Source of the DNA: an uncultured Armatimonadetes bacterium
GTDB taxonomy: Bacteria > Armatimonadota > UBA5829 > DTJY01
Length of the DNA stretch: 64,000 bases
Direction of reading: 5' to 3'
Assembly (NCBI GenBank): GCA_963717145.1
Contig: OY970325.1
Coordinates: forward strand, 2,752,001 to 2,816,000
The notes beneath the pieces are model-generated. The model saw nothing but the letters and a program-made list of their open reading frames with translations. It ran no database searches and was not told where the DNA came from. Below, piece after piece: positions 20,012 through 28,632 of the stretch (position 1 is its first letter; each line of letters begins with the position of its first letter). The position numbers and the translations under genes are program-made.

Positions 20012-20029
20012 TAGCGCCTCTTTCGGCCG

Positions 20030-20458
20030 CTAGCGACTCATGTGCCCTTGGATCTGCTCGGCCCAAGTCTCCTGGTCCCTCGTCTGGAATCCGATCTCTG
20101 AGTCGTCGCGCAGTGTCAGGATCATGAACGGCTGACCGTTGCGATACGTGCCGTGGAACCACTTGGCCGCAGAGAGTCCGGCGATATCCTCGTAAAGGAT
20201 CTCTACGCCTCTGCCGAAGACCATGCGGAATATGAAACGCTTGTTAGTCAGAGCCATTACGCCTATGCTGCTGATCTTGGCAATGCCCACCCGCTTGAAG
20301 TACATGCCGGTCTGGGGACCGAGCAGGAAATACTCGCCGGCGAAACTTACGTCCTGATTCAGCTTCTCCTCCATCCGGCCGCGCATGATGCGCCAAACGA
20401 GGTACAGCACTGTCCACACAGCGGCGTTGATGCCTAACACGATCCAGAGAACTTGCAC
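20030..20458 (-). CDS. Hypothetical membrane-anchored protein (possible PH/GRAM-like domain)
   Basis: N-terminal TM; GVMALTNKRFIF; GGAGG upstream of GTG. Confidence 0.65.
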   Translation of the reverse strand: MQVLWIVLGINAAVWTVLYLVWRIMRGRMEEKLNQDVSFAGEYFLLGPQTGMYFKRVGIAKISSIGVMALTNKRFIFRMVFGRGVEILYEDIAGLSAAKWFHGTYRNGQPFMILTLRDDSEIGFQTRDQETWAEQIQGHMSR

Positions 20459-20469
20459 ACTAACCTCCC

Positions 20470-20558
20470 TATGGAGTGCGGAAGCGGAGTCACCCTACGT
20501 TCGGGCAGGAGTACAACTCCTGCCCGAACGTAGGGTGACTCCGCTTCCGCACTCCATA
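20470..20558. repeat. Perfect 89-bp palindrome (43-bp arms, 3-nt loop), composite REP-like element
   Basis: TATGGAGTGCGGAAGCGGAGTCACCCTACGTTCGGGCAGGAGT-ACA-exact reverse complement. Confidence 0.95.
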
Positions 20559-20585
20559 TATCAGACACCCCAGCTGGCCATTTGG

Positions 20586-21635
20586 TTACACGCCCCACTC
20601 GCGGATGCACTTGCCGATGATCGGGAAGGCGTGCTCGAAGTCCGGCTCATCGAAGTTTTCTGTGCAGCCGATGATGAAGCGCCCCTCGTCGCCGCCCTGC
20701 TCCAGGTACTCGGTCGTCCAGCGGCGGATGACATCCTCGGGCTCGCGGAAGACGTTGCCGGGGAAGTTGAGGCTGAGCACCTTGTCCGGCCACGCAGCCC
20801 GGGCCTCGGCGACCGTCATCTGCTCCATCGGCGGCGGAGTGAACGCCTCCATGATGTCGAGGTCGGTGGCCGCGATCAGGTCCGCGAGCGGCTTGTTCGC
20901 CCCATCGTAGTGCGCGAAGGAGAGCTTCCCCGTCTGATGGATCGCACGGCATGCGTAATCGTAGATCGGCATGCAATAGGTCTCATAGAGCGTGGGAGAC
21001 ATGATCAGACCGGTGATGTTGTCGGGGAACCAGATCACCTCGGCGGGGCTCTCGGCGGCGATATCGGCCTGGCGTCGCTGTAAGCGCGCGAGCGACTCGT
21101 GCAACTCGGCGAACTCGTCGGCGTGGAGCATCACTCCCTCGCACCACGTTGGCGTCCCCATCACGTTGATGAGCAGCACCTGCGCCGGGATATGATCGAT
21201 GCTCCCCAGCACAATGCCCTCTTCGCCCATCGCGCGATCGGCCTCGACCCAGCCGTCCCAGGCGAGCTCGATCGTCGTGTGGTCGTAGACGTACTTCATC
21301 ACGCGGTAGTCGTCGGGCGACTTGACGAAGTGCTCGAGGATCCACCGGCTGCCGTATCCCGGCTCGAAGCCGGCGACCTCATTCAGATCGCCGACCGGCG
21401 TCTTGATGCGCGTGAACACTCGGCGCTGGCCGTCGACCATGCGCTCCTCGCTCTCGACGGTCACGCCGGGGCATCGGCTCTCGAACAGCCCGCAACTCCC
21501 GATCATGGTGAGCCCCTCTTCACGGAGTCGGCGCGCGGTCGGAGTATCGGGCGTGATCCAGTTGTATAGCGTGAACGGGACCTGGTCGGCCTTCCCGCCT
21601 CTCAACACGGTCATCAATCGTTCTCGTTTGGTCAT
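20586..21635 (-). CDS. Uroporphyrinogen decarboxylase/MtaA-CmuA-like family protein
   Basis: MTKRERLMTVLRGGKADQVPF start, IWFPDN..MSP, AHYDG, IMEAFTPPP. Confidence 0.78.
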   Translation of the reverse strand: MTKRERLMTVLRGGKADQVPFTLYNWITPDTPTARRLREEGLTMIGSCGLFESRCPGVTVESEERMVDGQRRVFTRIKTPVGDLNEVAGFEPGYGSRWILEHFVKSPDDYRVMKYVYDHTTIELAWDGWVEADRAMGEEGIVLGSIDHIPAQVLLINVMGTPTWCEGVMLHADEFAELHESLARLQRRQADIAAESPAEVIWFPDNITGLIMSPTLYETYCMPIYDYACRAIHQTGKLSFAHYDGANKPLADLIAATDLDIMEAFTPPPMEQMTVAEARAAWPDKVLSLNFPGNVFREPEDVIRRWTTEYLEQGGDEGRFIIGCTENFDEPDFEHAFPIIGKCIREWGV

Positions 21636-21644
21636 GTGTCTCTC

Positions 21645-23134
21645 CTACCAGAGCTTGTCGTTCTTTCCGCGCCAGTACGCCGCCAGGAACGATGCGGGCA
21701 CCTCGCTGCTCAGGCATTCGCCGTAGTAGCTGGTCTCGGGGAGCAACTGCTTGCCATCCGGGTCGTAGAGCCAGTGCAAGCGCCGCCAGTCGAGGTGCTC
21801 CATCATCCGCAGGGCAACCGCTCGGGCTTCCTTGGCGATTCCGGGCGCGTACTTGCCGGCAATCGCCGATACGACCATGAAGCGGCCCAGCGGGTCCATC
21901 CAGCGAACCTGCGAAATGTACGATGTGAACGGGTCGCCGAACAGCCATTGCTCCATCGGCAGCAGCTCGGTCGAAGGCAGCGGCCTCCACTCATCGGTCA
22001 GTGCGTTCACGGCGAACCAGTAGTACGGCATGAAGTCGTCACCCATGCCATACTTCCACTCGCGCCACCACATCTCCGCGATCTTGCTCGTCTTGCCATT
22101 GAGAGCCTCGGGCATGACGCGGTCAATCATATCCATCGCCACGACCACGAATTTGCTATGTATCGTCGTCTCCCAACACAGAAACTCGCCCGGCCGGAGC
22201 AGGTCTTTGACCAGCGAGAAGCAGGCGCTGTAGGGGATGACCTCCGCCTTGCCGGTCTTCTCCAACTGCATCTTAGCCTGGTCGCGGAGCGCACTGATTC
22301 TCGTGTGCTCGGTCCATGTGCCCCGGCTCATTATCTTCTCGAACTCCTGCAGATAGACCGGCGACTTGGAGAAATGGTACGCGATCGCGTTGATTGCAGC
22401 ATAGATCGCGTTGTAGGAGTCCGTCTCGCCCTTCATATCCCATGAAGACCCGAAGTACGACAGCACATAGTCCGCATTCCGCCAGTAGTCGGCGAACCCG
22501 GCGATCATCTTCTCGATGCTCTTCCTGTGCGCAGTCGGAGCGATCTCATGATAGGTGAAGAGACCCCAGGTAGCGCCGAGATACTGGTCTCCACTGGTCT
22601 GAACGGAGGGCCGGAATCCGTAGGGCTTACCCATCCATCCGGGCTTCCCGTCCTGCTCGCCCATGCTGTAGATCAGTTCGAGCGAGTTGAATGCCCGCGC
22701 GGCCTGCTCCAGCGCTTTCGGCGACTTCGTGGCCTTGTACCTATAGACCTGTGACGCCAGGTACTGCCCCGACTGGAATATCGAGTTCTCGCCGTGGAGG
22801 TAATCCTGCGGGCCGTCCAGCTTCAGGTTACTTACACTGGCATCGATACTGGTCTTGCCGTGGAAATCCGAAGCTCGGAAGGGGCGGATGTCTTCTTCTC
22901 GAGCTTCTGCATCGAGTACATGATGCCTGCCGGCCCGAAGCCCACGCGCTCGAGTATCTCCTGCACGATCTGCGCCTTGACGTGGATCGATTGGCCACCG
23001 AGATTCGCCAGCAATCTCTGCATGGACTTGGCGCCCGTAGAACTCGTAGCTGCCAGCGAGTCAGCATCCAGCGCCATACCCAGCCCCCCTAGAACCACTA
23101 TGCGAAGCACATCTCGCCTGCTGATCCCGTGCAT
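21645..23134 (-). CDS. Tat-exported hypothetical protein (possible alpha/alpha-toroid enzyme), frameshifted near 22895
   Basis: ISRRDVL signal; ORF 22832-23134 joins ORF 21645-22664 via ...EDIRPFRASDFHG...LHGENSIFQSGQYLASQ when one base is restored in GAGAAGAAGAC. Confidence 0.75.
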
Positions 23135-23149
23135 GATGTCTCCTCGGAT

Positions 23150-25084
23150 CTAATCACCCAGTGTCTTCTCCGCCTGGTTGAGACGGTCGGTGTAGGTGCG
23201 GTTGATCGTCCAGCCGAGCATCCATTCGTGATCCATGACGCCGTCGTTCAGCGCGCCGAGCTTCTCGGCGTGAGCGATCAAATCGGCGACGATCGTTCGT
23301 GCCTCGGCGATCTGCTTCTCGACATCCGCCTTCTGTGCCCTGCCCTCCTTGACCTCGATCACGGCTCTCTCGATGTCGATGATCTTCTGCCTGGACGAGC
23401 CGAGGTGGATCAGCATGTCGAGCCCGGACGCCCGCTTGGAGATCCGGTAGGAGTAGACTGGATCGTTGGCGGCAAGTTGAGCGGCCCGGGACAGCATCTT
23501 TCGGGCCTCCGTCAGCCAGATCATGTCCCAATCCTCCGCCTCGCCCCGACTCGCACGGTAGGTCTTCTCCAGGTTCTCGGTGCTGCCGATCATGAGCAGG
23601 TAATCCGACATCAGCGGGCCGGCCTTCGATCCATAGTAGTGGAACGCGTAGTCCCGCAGTTCCGACCGAGGGTCGCGGCTCGGATAGTAGTAGGGATAGA
23701 GGCCGCCCATCCGCACGTTGAACGAGTTGTTCCACCAGAAGCCGAACGGGTACTCGAGCACCAGCGCCCCGGTCATGCCGTGATCGACCATGAACTTCGT
23801 GTCACCCTCCAGCGCATGAAGGAAGGGCGGGCCGGTGAACGGCTGATGCGAGTTGGCGGCGTAGTAGGAGCAGATCATGAACCGCTTGAAGTACGATGCC
23901 CAGACCAGCAGGTTCGCCTTGCGCGCGTACTGCGGGTCGTTGTAGCTCTCATTGTGATTCCGTCCCCAGTGCGCATAGACGGCAGCGAGTCGGTCGTTCG
24001 GGAACACCTTCGTCGGCGGATCGGTCACCTGCCCGTAGCCGGGGACGCAGTCGACGATCACCTCGGGCGCAACCGTCTTCATCCGGTCCGCGAGCTTGTT
24101 GTAGAGGCCGATGAGGAGGTCGGTTGGCGTGCTTCTCAGGCATTCCTCGCACTGGCATGGAACGCCTCCGTCGATCGGCAGGAGGTCGAGCCAGTGGAAC
24201 TGCGGGTACTTCCTGACGAACGCCTCGGCGTTGCGGATGAACTCATCGCACGCCTGAGCGTTGCTCATGCAGAAGTTGGTGAGCGGCCACGATCCGCCGT
24301 GCGGTTGGCGCTTCCCATCGCGGAACCCGAACCACTCCTGATGCGCCGCGAAGTACTTGTCGGTCGCCAGGAAGTACGGGAACGAGTGGCCCGGACCGTG
24401 GAGCATGAGGCCGCGCTTCTCCATCCCCGCGAAGACGCCCTTCGATTCCATTTCGGCGAGGTGCTCGTCGATCTTCTCGGGGATACACTGCCAGCTCAGG
24501 CCATTGTAACGGTTCTTCGCCGCCCAATCGAGCTGTGCGACGGTTTCCGGCATGACCTTGAACGCGAGGCCGCTGATCCAGTAGACTCGGTCCTCGATCC
24601 GCGCCGACTCCGACCACTTGCCGTCCGGAAGCACGAGGTCCGGGTTCTGCGGCACGACCTCCGGGTCCTTCGGATCGATCGCGGGATGATACCACCGGCA
24701 TCCGAGCCGCTCGAGGAGATCGTAGACGCCATAGAGGACGCCGCGCGGGTTGTCGCCCGCGACAGCTATCGCCTGCTCAGAGACCGATATGGAGTAGCCA
24801 TCGAAGCCCCTCTTCATCTCGGGGAGATCGGCCGCATCGAGGTCCCTGCGCAGACCGATGCGTATGGTGTGCGGGCGGCTCGCGCTCCGTGTATCGAGGA
24901 GCCTAGCGCCGGAGATCTGCTTCACGTAGCGCTTCAACTCATCGGCGGTGAACCGCTCGACGGGCCCGGCGGTCGAAGGAGTGTAGACGCGCCAGGCCGT
25001 CTTGCCTCCCGACGTCAGATGGGCCGCGTTCACTTCCATGCAGATCAGGACAAGGCAGGCGATCAACAGAGTCAGCTTGGCCAC
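23150..25084 (-). CDS. Secreted DUF4838-family putative glycoside hydrolase
   Basis: Signal peptide; FDGYSI...AGDNPRGVLYGVYDLLERLGCRWY, LHGPGHSF, CQCEEC; paralog of 15992-17881. Confidence 0.8.
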   Translation of the reverse strand: MAKLTLLIACLVLICMEVNAAHLTSGGKTAWRVYTPSTAGPVERFTADELKRYVKQISGARLLDTRSASRPHTIRIGLRRDLDAADLPEMKRGFDGYSISVSEQAIAVAGDNPRGVLYGVYDLLERLGCRWYHPAIDPKDPEVVPQNPDLVLPDGKWSESARIEDRVYWISGLAFKVMPETVAQLDWAAKNRYNGLSWQCIPEKIDEHLAEMESKGVFAGMEKRGLMLHGPGHSFPYFLATDKYFAAHQEWFGFRDGKRQPHGGSWPLTNFCMSNAQACDEFIRNAEAFVRKYPQFHWLDLLPIDGGVPCQCEECLRSTPTDLLIGLYNKLADRMKTVAPEVIVDCVPGYGQVTDPPTKVFPNDRLAAVYAHWGRNHNESYNDPQYARKANLLVWASYFKRFMICSYYAANSHQPFTGPPFLHALEGDTKFMVDHGMTGALVLEYPFGFWWNNSFNVRMGGLYPYYYPSRDPRSELRDYAFHYYGSKAGPLMSDYLLMIGSTENLEKTYRASRGEAEDWDMIWLTEARKMLSRAAQLAANDPVYSYRISKRASGLDMLIHLGSSRQKIIDIERAVIEVKEGRAQKADVEKQIAEARTIVADLIAHAEKLGALNDGVMDHEWMLGWTINRTYTDRLNQAEKTLGD

Positions 25085-25153
25085 GGATGCACCCCCGAAT
25101 GGTATGCGCTCGAGATGCCCCATTATACCCGAGCGCATGGGGGTATAGCCAGC

Positions 25154-25960
25154 CTAGAATATGCCGTTCATGAACAGACCGCCATTCATGATTACGCCGG
25201 ATGCCTCGTAGACGACGATGCCCGACTGGAAGACCTTGATGCTGAGGCTCGGAACGTCCCAACTGACGCCCGGGGTGAGAACGACCTCGACATTGCTTGA
25301 CAAGGCGGTGTTGCCACCCACGGTGAATCGTGACGGGCCTCTCAGATGCACTTCCGTTATCTCATCGATGCCCATGCCCGGCCCGCCGAGCACCAGTTGG
25401 AGTTCCAAGTCCTGAGACGCTATCTGGACTGGACCCGCCGATCTCTCGGGGTCGAGGAACAACAGCCTGGCGGCCTGCAGGACACCTTCCTGGTCGATAC
25501 GATAGATGATGCCGAAAGTCGCATCCCTGGTCGGGACGATAGACGCATTCGAAGTCGGCTTGCAGATCGGAATCTCGATCTTTCCGCCTGCGAAGACGCC
25601 CAGCCACGTGTCTGAGAAGACGGTGAGCACGGCGGGCATGATGGCGTCGGCAGGGACGCTGGAAAGCGCCTCCACCTTGTATACATCGGCCGGAACGGTC
25701 GTCCTCATGCATACGGCGCCGATGGCGTTGGTGGTCGCTGCCTGAGTTGTCCGGGTGCCACCCCAGATCGTGCTCAACTTGAAGACGATGCTTTGGCCTG
25801 AGACCGCACTGCCGTCGTCCGTCACTTTCGCACACAACTGAACCGTCCTCCTGGATGAGAACAACTGGCCGGTATACTCAGTCATAAAGCACCCGCCCAG
25901 GAACAACGGCAGGCTCAACACGAGAAGTCCAAGTGCCGGCATTCTGATCGTTCTACGCAT
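25154..25960 (-). CDS. Hypothetical lipoprotein (Ig-like N-terminal part)
   Basis: MRRTIRMPALGLLVLSLPLFLGG-C lipobox; SD AAGGAG. Confidence 0.7.
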   Translation of the reverse strand: MRRTIRMPALGLLVLSLPLFLGGCFMTEYTGQLFSSRRTVQLCAKVTDDGSAVSGQSIVFKLSTIWGGTRTTQAATTNAIGAVCMRTTVPADVYKVEALSSVPADAIMPAVLTVFSDTWLGVFAGGKIEIPICKPTSNASIVPTRDATFGIIYRIDQEGVLQAARLLFLDPERSAGPVQIASQDLELQLVLGGPGMGIDEITEVHLRGPSRFTVGGNTALSSNVEVVLTPGVSWDVPSLSIKVFQSGIVVYEASGVIMNGGLFMNGIF

Positions 25961-26156
25961 GCTCGATTCCTTTTCTCCTTTGGAGTACACCGGTTTGCCG
26001 CGCCGTCCGGTGCACAAGCAGGGGGTCATTACTCGTCCATTCATACCCAACGGGCGCGTGACGGTAAACTCGCCTCGAATACCCTGGGCCGATTCCGCAG
26101 GACAGCGCCTGTAGAGCGTGGAAGAGTACAGCATCCGGGATTGGAAGGTATCGGAC

Positions 26157-27467
26157 ATGAGCGACGCGGGCGGGGCATCAACCGAGGGAGCGGGCGTGAA
26201 GGAGCAGGCATCGGTCAGTTTCTTCTACATACTGACGCTGGTGATGTTCAGCGTCGGGACGGCGAGCGTGTCGTTCTGCTCGAACCAGGTGCTTCAGATC
26301 ACCCTGCGCCAGTTCACGACGGAGATGAAGCTGATAGGCTTCGTCCTGTCACTCCAGGCGCTCAATCAGTTGTGGGCGACCCCGTATGCCGCATGGAAGT
26401 CCGACCGCATCTGGACCCGCATCGGACGCCGGAAGCCGCTTGTGGTCGTCATGGCGCCGCTCCTGGTGCTCACGGTCGTCCTCGTCCCGCATTGCCCGAC
26501 TCTATGGATGCTCGTCGGCCTCGTCTTCGTACTGCAGATGGCCGAGGATGCCGAGCTTGCCGTGATGATGCCCGCAATCTGCGACTCGGTCCCGGACAAG
26601 CAGAGGCCGCTTGCGACCGGTATGTGGCAGTTCGCGGTGGCAATCGCGGGCTTTGTCATGGGGCGCTATGTGATGAAGCTGATGGAGCCGGGAGAGCATG
26701 TGCTCAGACTATCGGGCTACTCCCTGAGAGTCACCGGCGGCGAACACTGGCCTTACACCGCGGCGGGGATCCTCGTTGCCGTGACCGCTGTGATCTTCAT
26801 GATTGCGATGCGTGAGAAGTACGTGCCTCCGAGGCCGCAGGACAAGTTCAGGCTCTTCTCATACGGGAAAGAGATCTGCCAGGTCAGGGAGCACTTCCTG
26901 ATCTATGTAGTCTTCTTCTTCCAGCCGTTGTTCTACCTGGTCTCGATCGCGTTCTTTGCCACTCTGGCCAAGGTCGAACTGCACATCTCACCCGCCAGGT
27001 ACGGATGGGCTTTCTCTTACGGAGCAATGACGACTCTGATAGCTTCCATCCCGCTCGGGTACCTGTTCAACCGATTCAGGAACCGCAAGGCGTTCTGCAT
27101 CGGCGCGTGTGTCTATGTGATGATTCCAATCACGTTCGGGCTGTTCTACATGAAGACCGCCGTGGACATGGCGATCTTCTTCTCGATGCAGATCCTGGCG
27201 TTCGTCGTCTTCCGGCTGAACTTCATGCCGCTGGTGATGGAGTATACGACTCCGCAGAACGTTGGGACGATCCTTGGCTTCACGAATGCCGTCAATGGCA
27301 TGGTCCGCTTCACCTCGCTGCCGCTCGCGGGCTGGATCATCGATGTTACGCATGGGAGCTGCAGACTGCCGCTCTGGGGAGGCTATGTCGGAGCGATCGC
27401 GTGCATCATCGCACTGCTCATGATGCGCCCGCCGGAGAAGGTTCGGCACTTGCTCGATAGGTGCTAG
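26157..27467 (+). CDS. MFS transporter (sugar/GPH-like)
   Basis: About 12 hydrophobic segments; SDRIWTRIGRRKP motif-A variant. Confidence 0.88.
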   Translation: MSDAGGASTEGAGVKEQASVSFFYILTLVMFSVGTASVSFCSNQVLQITLRQFTTEMKLIGFVLSLQALNQLWATPYAAWKSDRIWTRIGRRKPLVVVMAPLLVLTVVLVPHCPTLWMLVGLVFVLQMAEDAELAVMMPAICDSVPDKQRPLATGMWQFAVAIAGFVMGRYVMKLMEPGEHVLRLSGYSLRVTGGEHWPYTAAGILVAVTAVIFMIAMREKYVPPRPQDKFRLFSYGKEICQVREHFLIYVVFFFQPLFYLVSIAFFATLAKVELHISPARYGWAFSYGAMTTLIASIPLGYLFNRFRNRKAFCIGACVYVMIPITFGLFYMKTAVDMAIFFSMQILAFVVFRLNFMPLVMEYTTPQNVGTILGFTNAVNGMVRFTSLPLAGWIIDVTHGSCRLPLWGGYVGAIACIIALLMMRPPEKVRHLLDRC

Positions 27468-27529
27468 GCGTTGCGTGTTGGGTGTTGCGTGTTGGGTGTT
27501 AGGTGTCAGGTGTCAGGTGTTAGGTGTTG
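27460..27529. repeat. Tandem 7-mer repeat (GGTGTTR-like) x10
   Basis: GGTGCTA GGCGTTG CGTGTTG GGTGTTG CGTGTTG GGTGTTA GGTGTCA GGTGTCA GGTGTTA GGTGTTG. Confidence 0.9.
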
Positions 27530-27538
27530 GAACCGGAC

Positions 27539-27668
27539 CCGCTAGTCCTGAGTATGCCGGTGAATGACGGCATGTAACGAAGGACGGTCGGACCGGTGCT
27601 AAGGTTGGATCCGCTGCCACCGCCCTTCGTTACATGCCGTCATTCACCGGCATACTCAGGGCTGACGG
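27539..27668. repeat. Palindromic dispersed element, family B copy 1
   Basis: Perfect 37-bp arms CCTGAGTATGCCGGTGAATGACGGCATGTAACGAAGG (27547-27583 and 27624-27660); homolog at 62288-62405. Confidence 0.92.
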
Positions 27669-27686
27669 TTCCCATTCCCGCCCCCA

Positions 27687-27727
27687 ACACTCCAATACTC
27701 CATCACTCCATCACTCCATTTACTCCA
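27687..27727. repeat. Tandem 8-mer repeat (NNACTCCA) x5
   Basis: ACACTCCA ATACTCCA TCACTCCA TCACTCCA TTTACTCCA. Confidence 0.8.
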
Positions 27728-28514
27728 TCCCTAGATTCTTCCGCGCGCCGGTGCAGGGTCGGCAGTCGGGCTGATGGCAGAACAGGACATCGGGCTGTTG
27801 ATCGACCATCTCGACGACTCGCTTGACGACATCCATGCCTTGCATCAGCATCCACTTCGACGGGCCGACCTGCAGGTCACGGATCTCATCGTACCGCCGC
27901 ATCACCGGCTCGACGGCGTCGAACCCGTGGCTGCAGGATGTCGATGTGTCGATCTCATGGCTCACGATCGACCCGTCGGGCATGAGCACCGGGGCGAACG
28001 TCGGGACCTCGAACCAGGAGACCTTCGGGGTGCCCGCATACTCCTCACCGAGATGGACGCTGGTGTTCGAGGTGAAGCCGACTCCGAGGAGGAGCACCTT
28101 GCCGCCCATCTTAGCCAGGCGGTCGATCGGGCTGCCGAGTCCGACCGTGCGGTATGACATGTGGTCCCTGGTCAACTCGACGGCATCCGGGCCGAAGACC
28201 GTCACGGAGTGCGTCGGGTGGAGGCTTCGACGGGCGTCCGGCCGCTTGCGACCGAGTTCCGGGATGATCCCGGTGCGGCACGGTGTGACCGCCGGGTCGA
28301 AGTACGGCTCGGCGATGTTCTTCGTGTAGTTAAACGTCGGGAGCGCGAGGTTGCCCGTCGGACCGACGGCCGCGATCAGGGCGTCGATGACCGCCTCGGG
28401 GCCGCCCTCGACCTCCCCGAGGCTCTTGTACGAGCTGTGGACGATGTAGCTATCCCCCGGCTGAATCCCGATCTCGTGGAGGGCATCGATGAGTTGTTGT
28501 TTGGTAAGAGCCAC
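27720..28514 (-). CDS. AAC(3)/YokD-family N-acetyltransferase
   Basis: GIQPGDSYIVHSSYKSLGEVEGG, RSLHPTHS, GKVLLLGV..NTSVHLGE; GTG start with GGAGG. Confidence 0.88.
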   Translation of the reverse strand: MALTKQQLIDALHEIGIQPGDSYIVHSSYKSLGEVEGGPEAVIDALIAAVGPTGNLALPTFNYTKNIAEPYFDPAVTPCRTGIIPELGRKRPDARRSLHPTHSVTVFGPDAVELTRDHMSYRTVGLGSPIDRLAKMGGKVLLLGVGFTSNTSVHLGEEYAGTPKVSWFEVPTFAPVLMPDGSIVSHEIDTSTSCSHGFDAVEPVMRRYDEIRDLQVGPSKWMLMQGMDVVKRVVEMVDQQPDVLFCHQPDCRPCTGARKNLGME

Positions 28515-28544
28515 GTGAACCTCCGGCATGCGCACAAGGTTGCT

Positions 28545-28614
28545 GTAGGGGCGAAGCATTGGCCATCGCAAGTCGACAACCTTACGAATCCGGTAGCCAA
28601 TGCTTCGCCCCTAC
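28545..28614. repeat. GTAG-type REP-like inverted repeat
   Basis: GTAGGGGCGAAGCATTGGC ... GCCAATGCTTCGCCCCTAC (19-bp arms); same family at 63889-63955. Confidence 0.85.
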
Positions 28615-28632
28615 CGATGAGTTGGTGTGCAA

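Noticed and set aside
23129..25300. Long plus-strand ORFs (723 aa here, also 28627-30090 and 33002-34657)
   Set aside because: Antisense shadows of real minus-strand genes in high-GC DNA, with no recognisable motifs
25975..26115. c-di-GMP riboswitch upstream of the lipoprotein (GGCAAACC on the minus strand)
   Set aside because: Only a short fragment matches; the GNRA loop, receptor and second stem are not evident
27460..27727. CRISPR array or iteron origin
   Set aside because: Contiguous 7- and 8-mers with no spacers and no rep or cas gene
27720..28514. Acquired aminoglycoside resistance gene
   Set aside because: Host-like GC, no mobile context, and the family includes many non-resistance members
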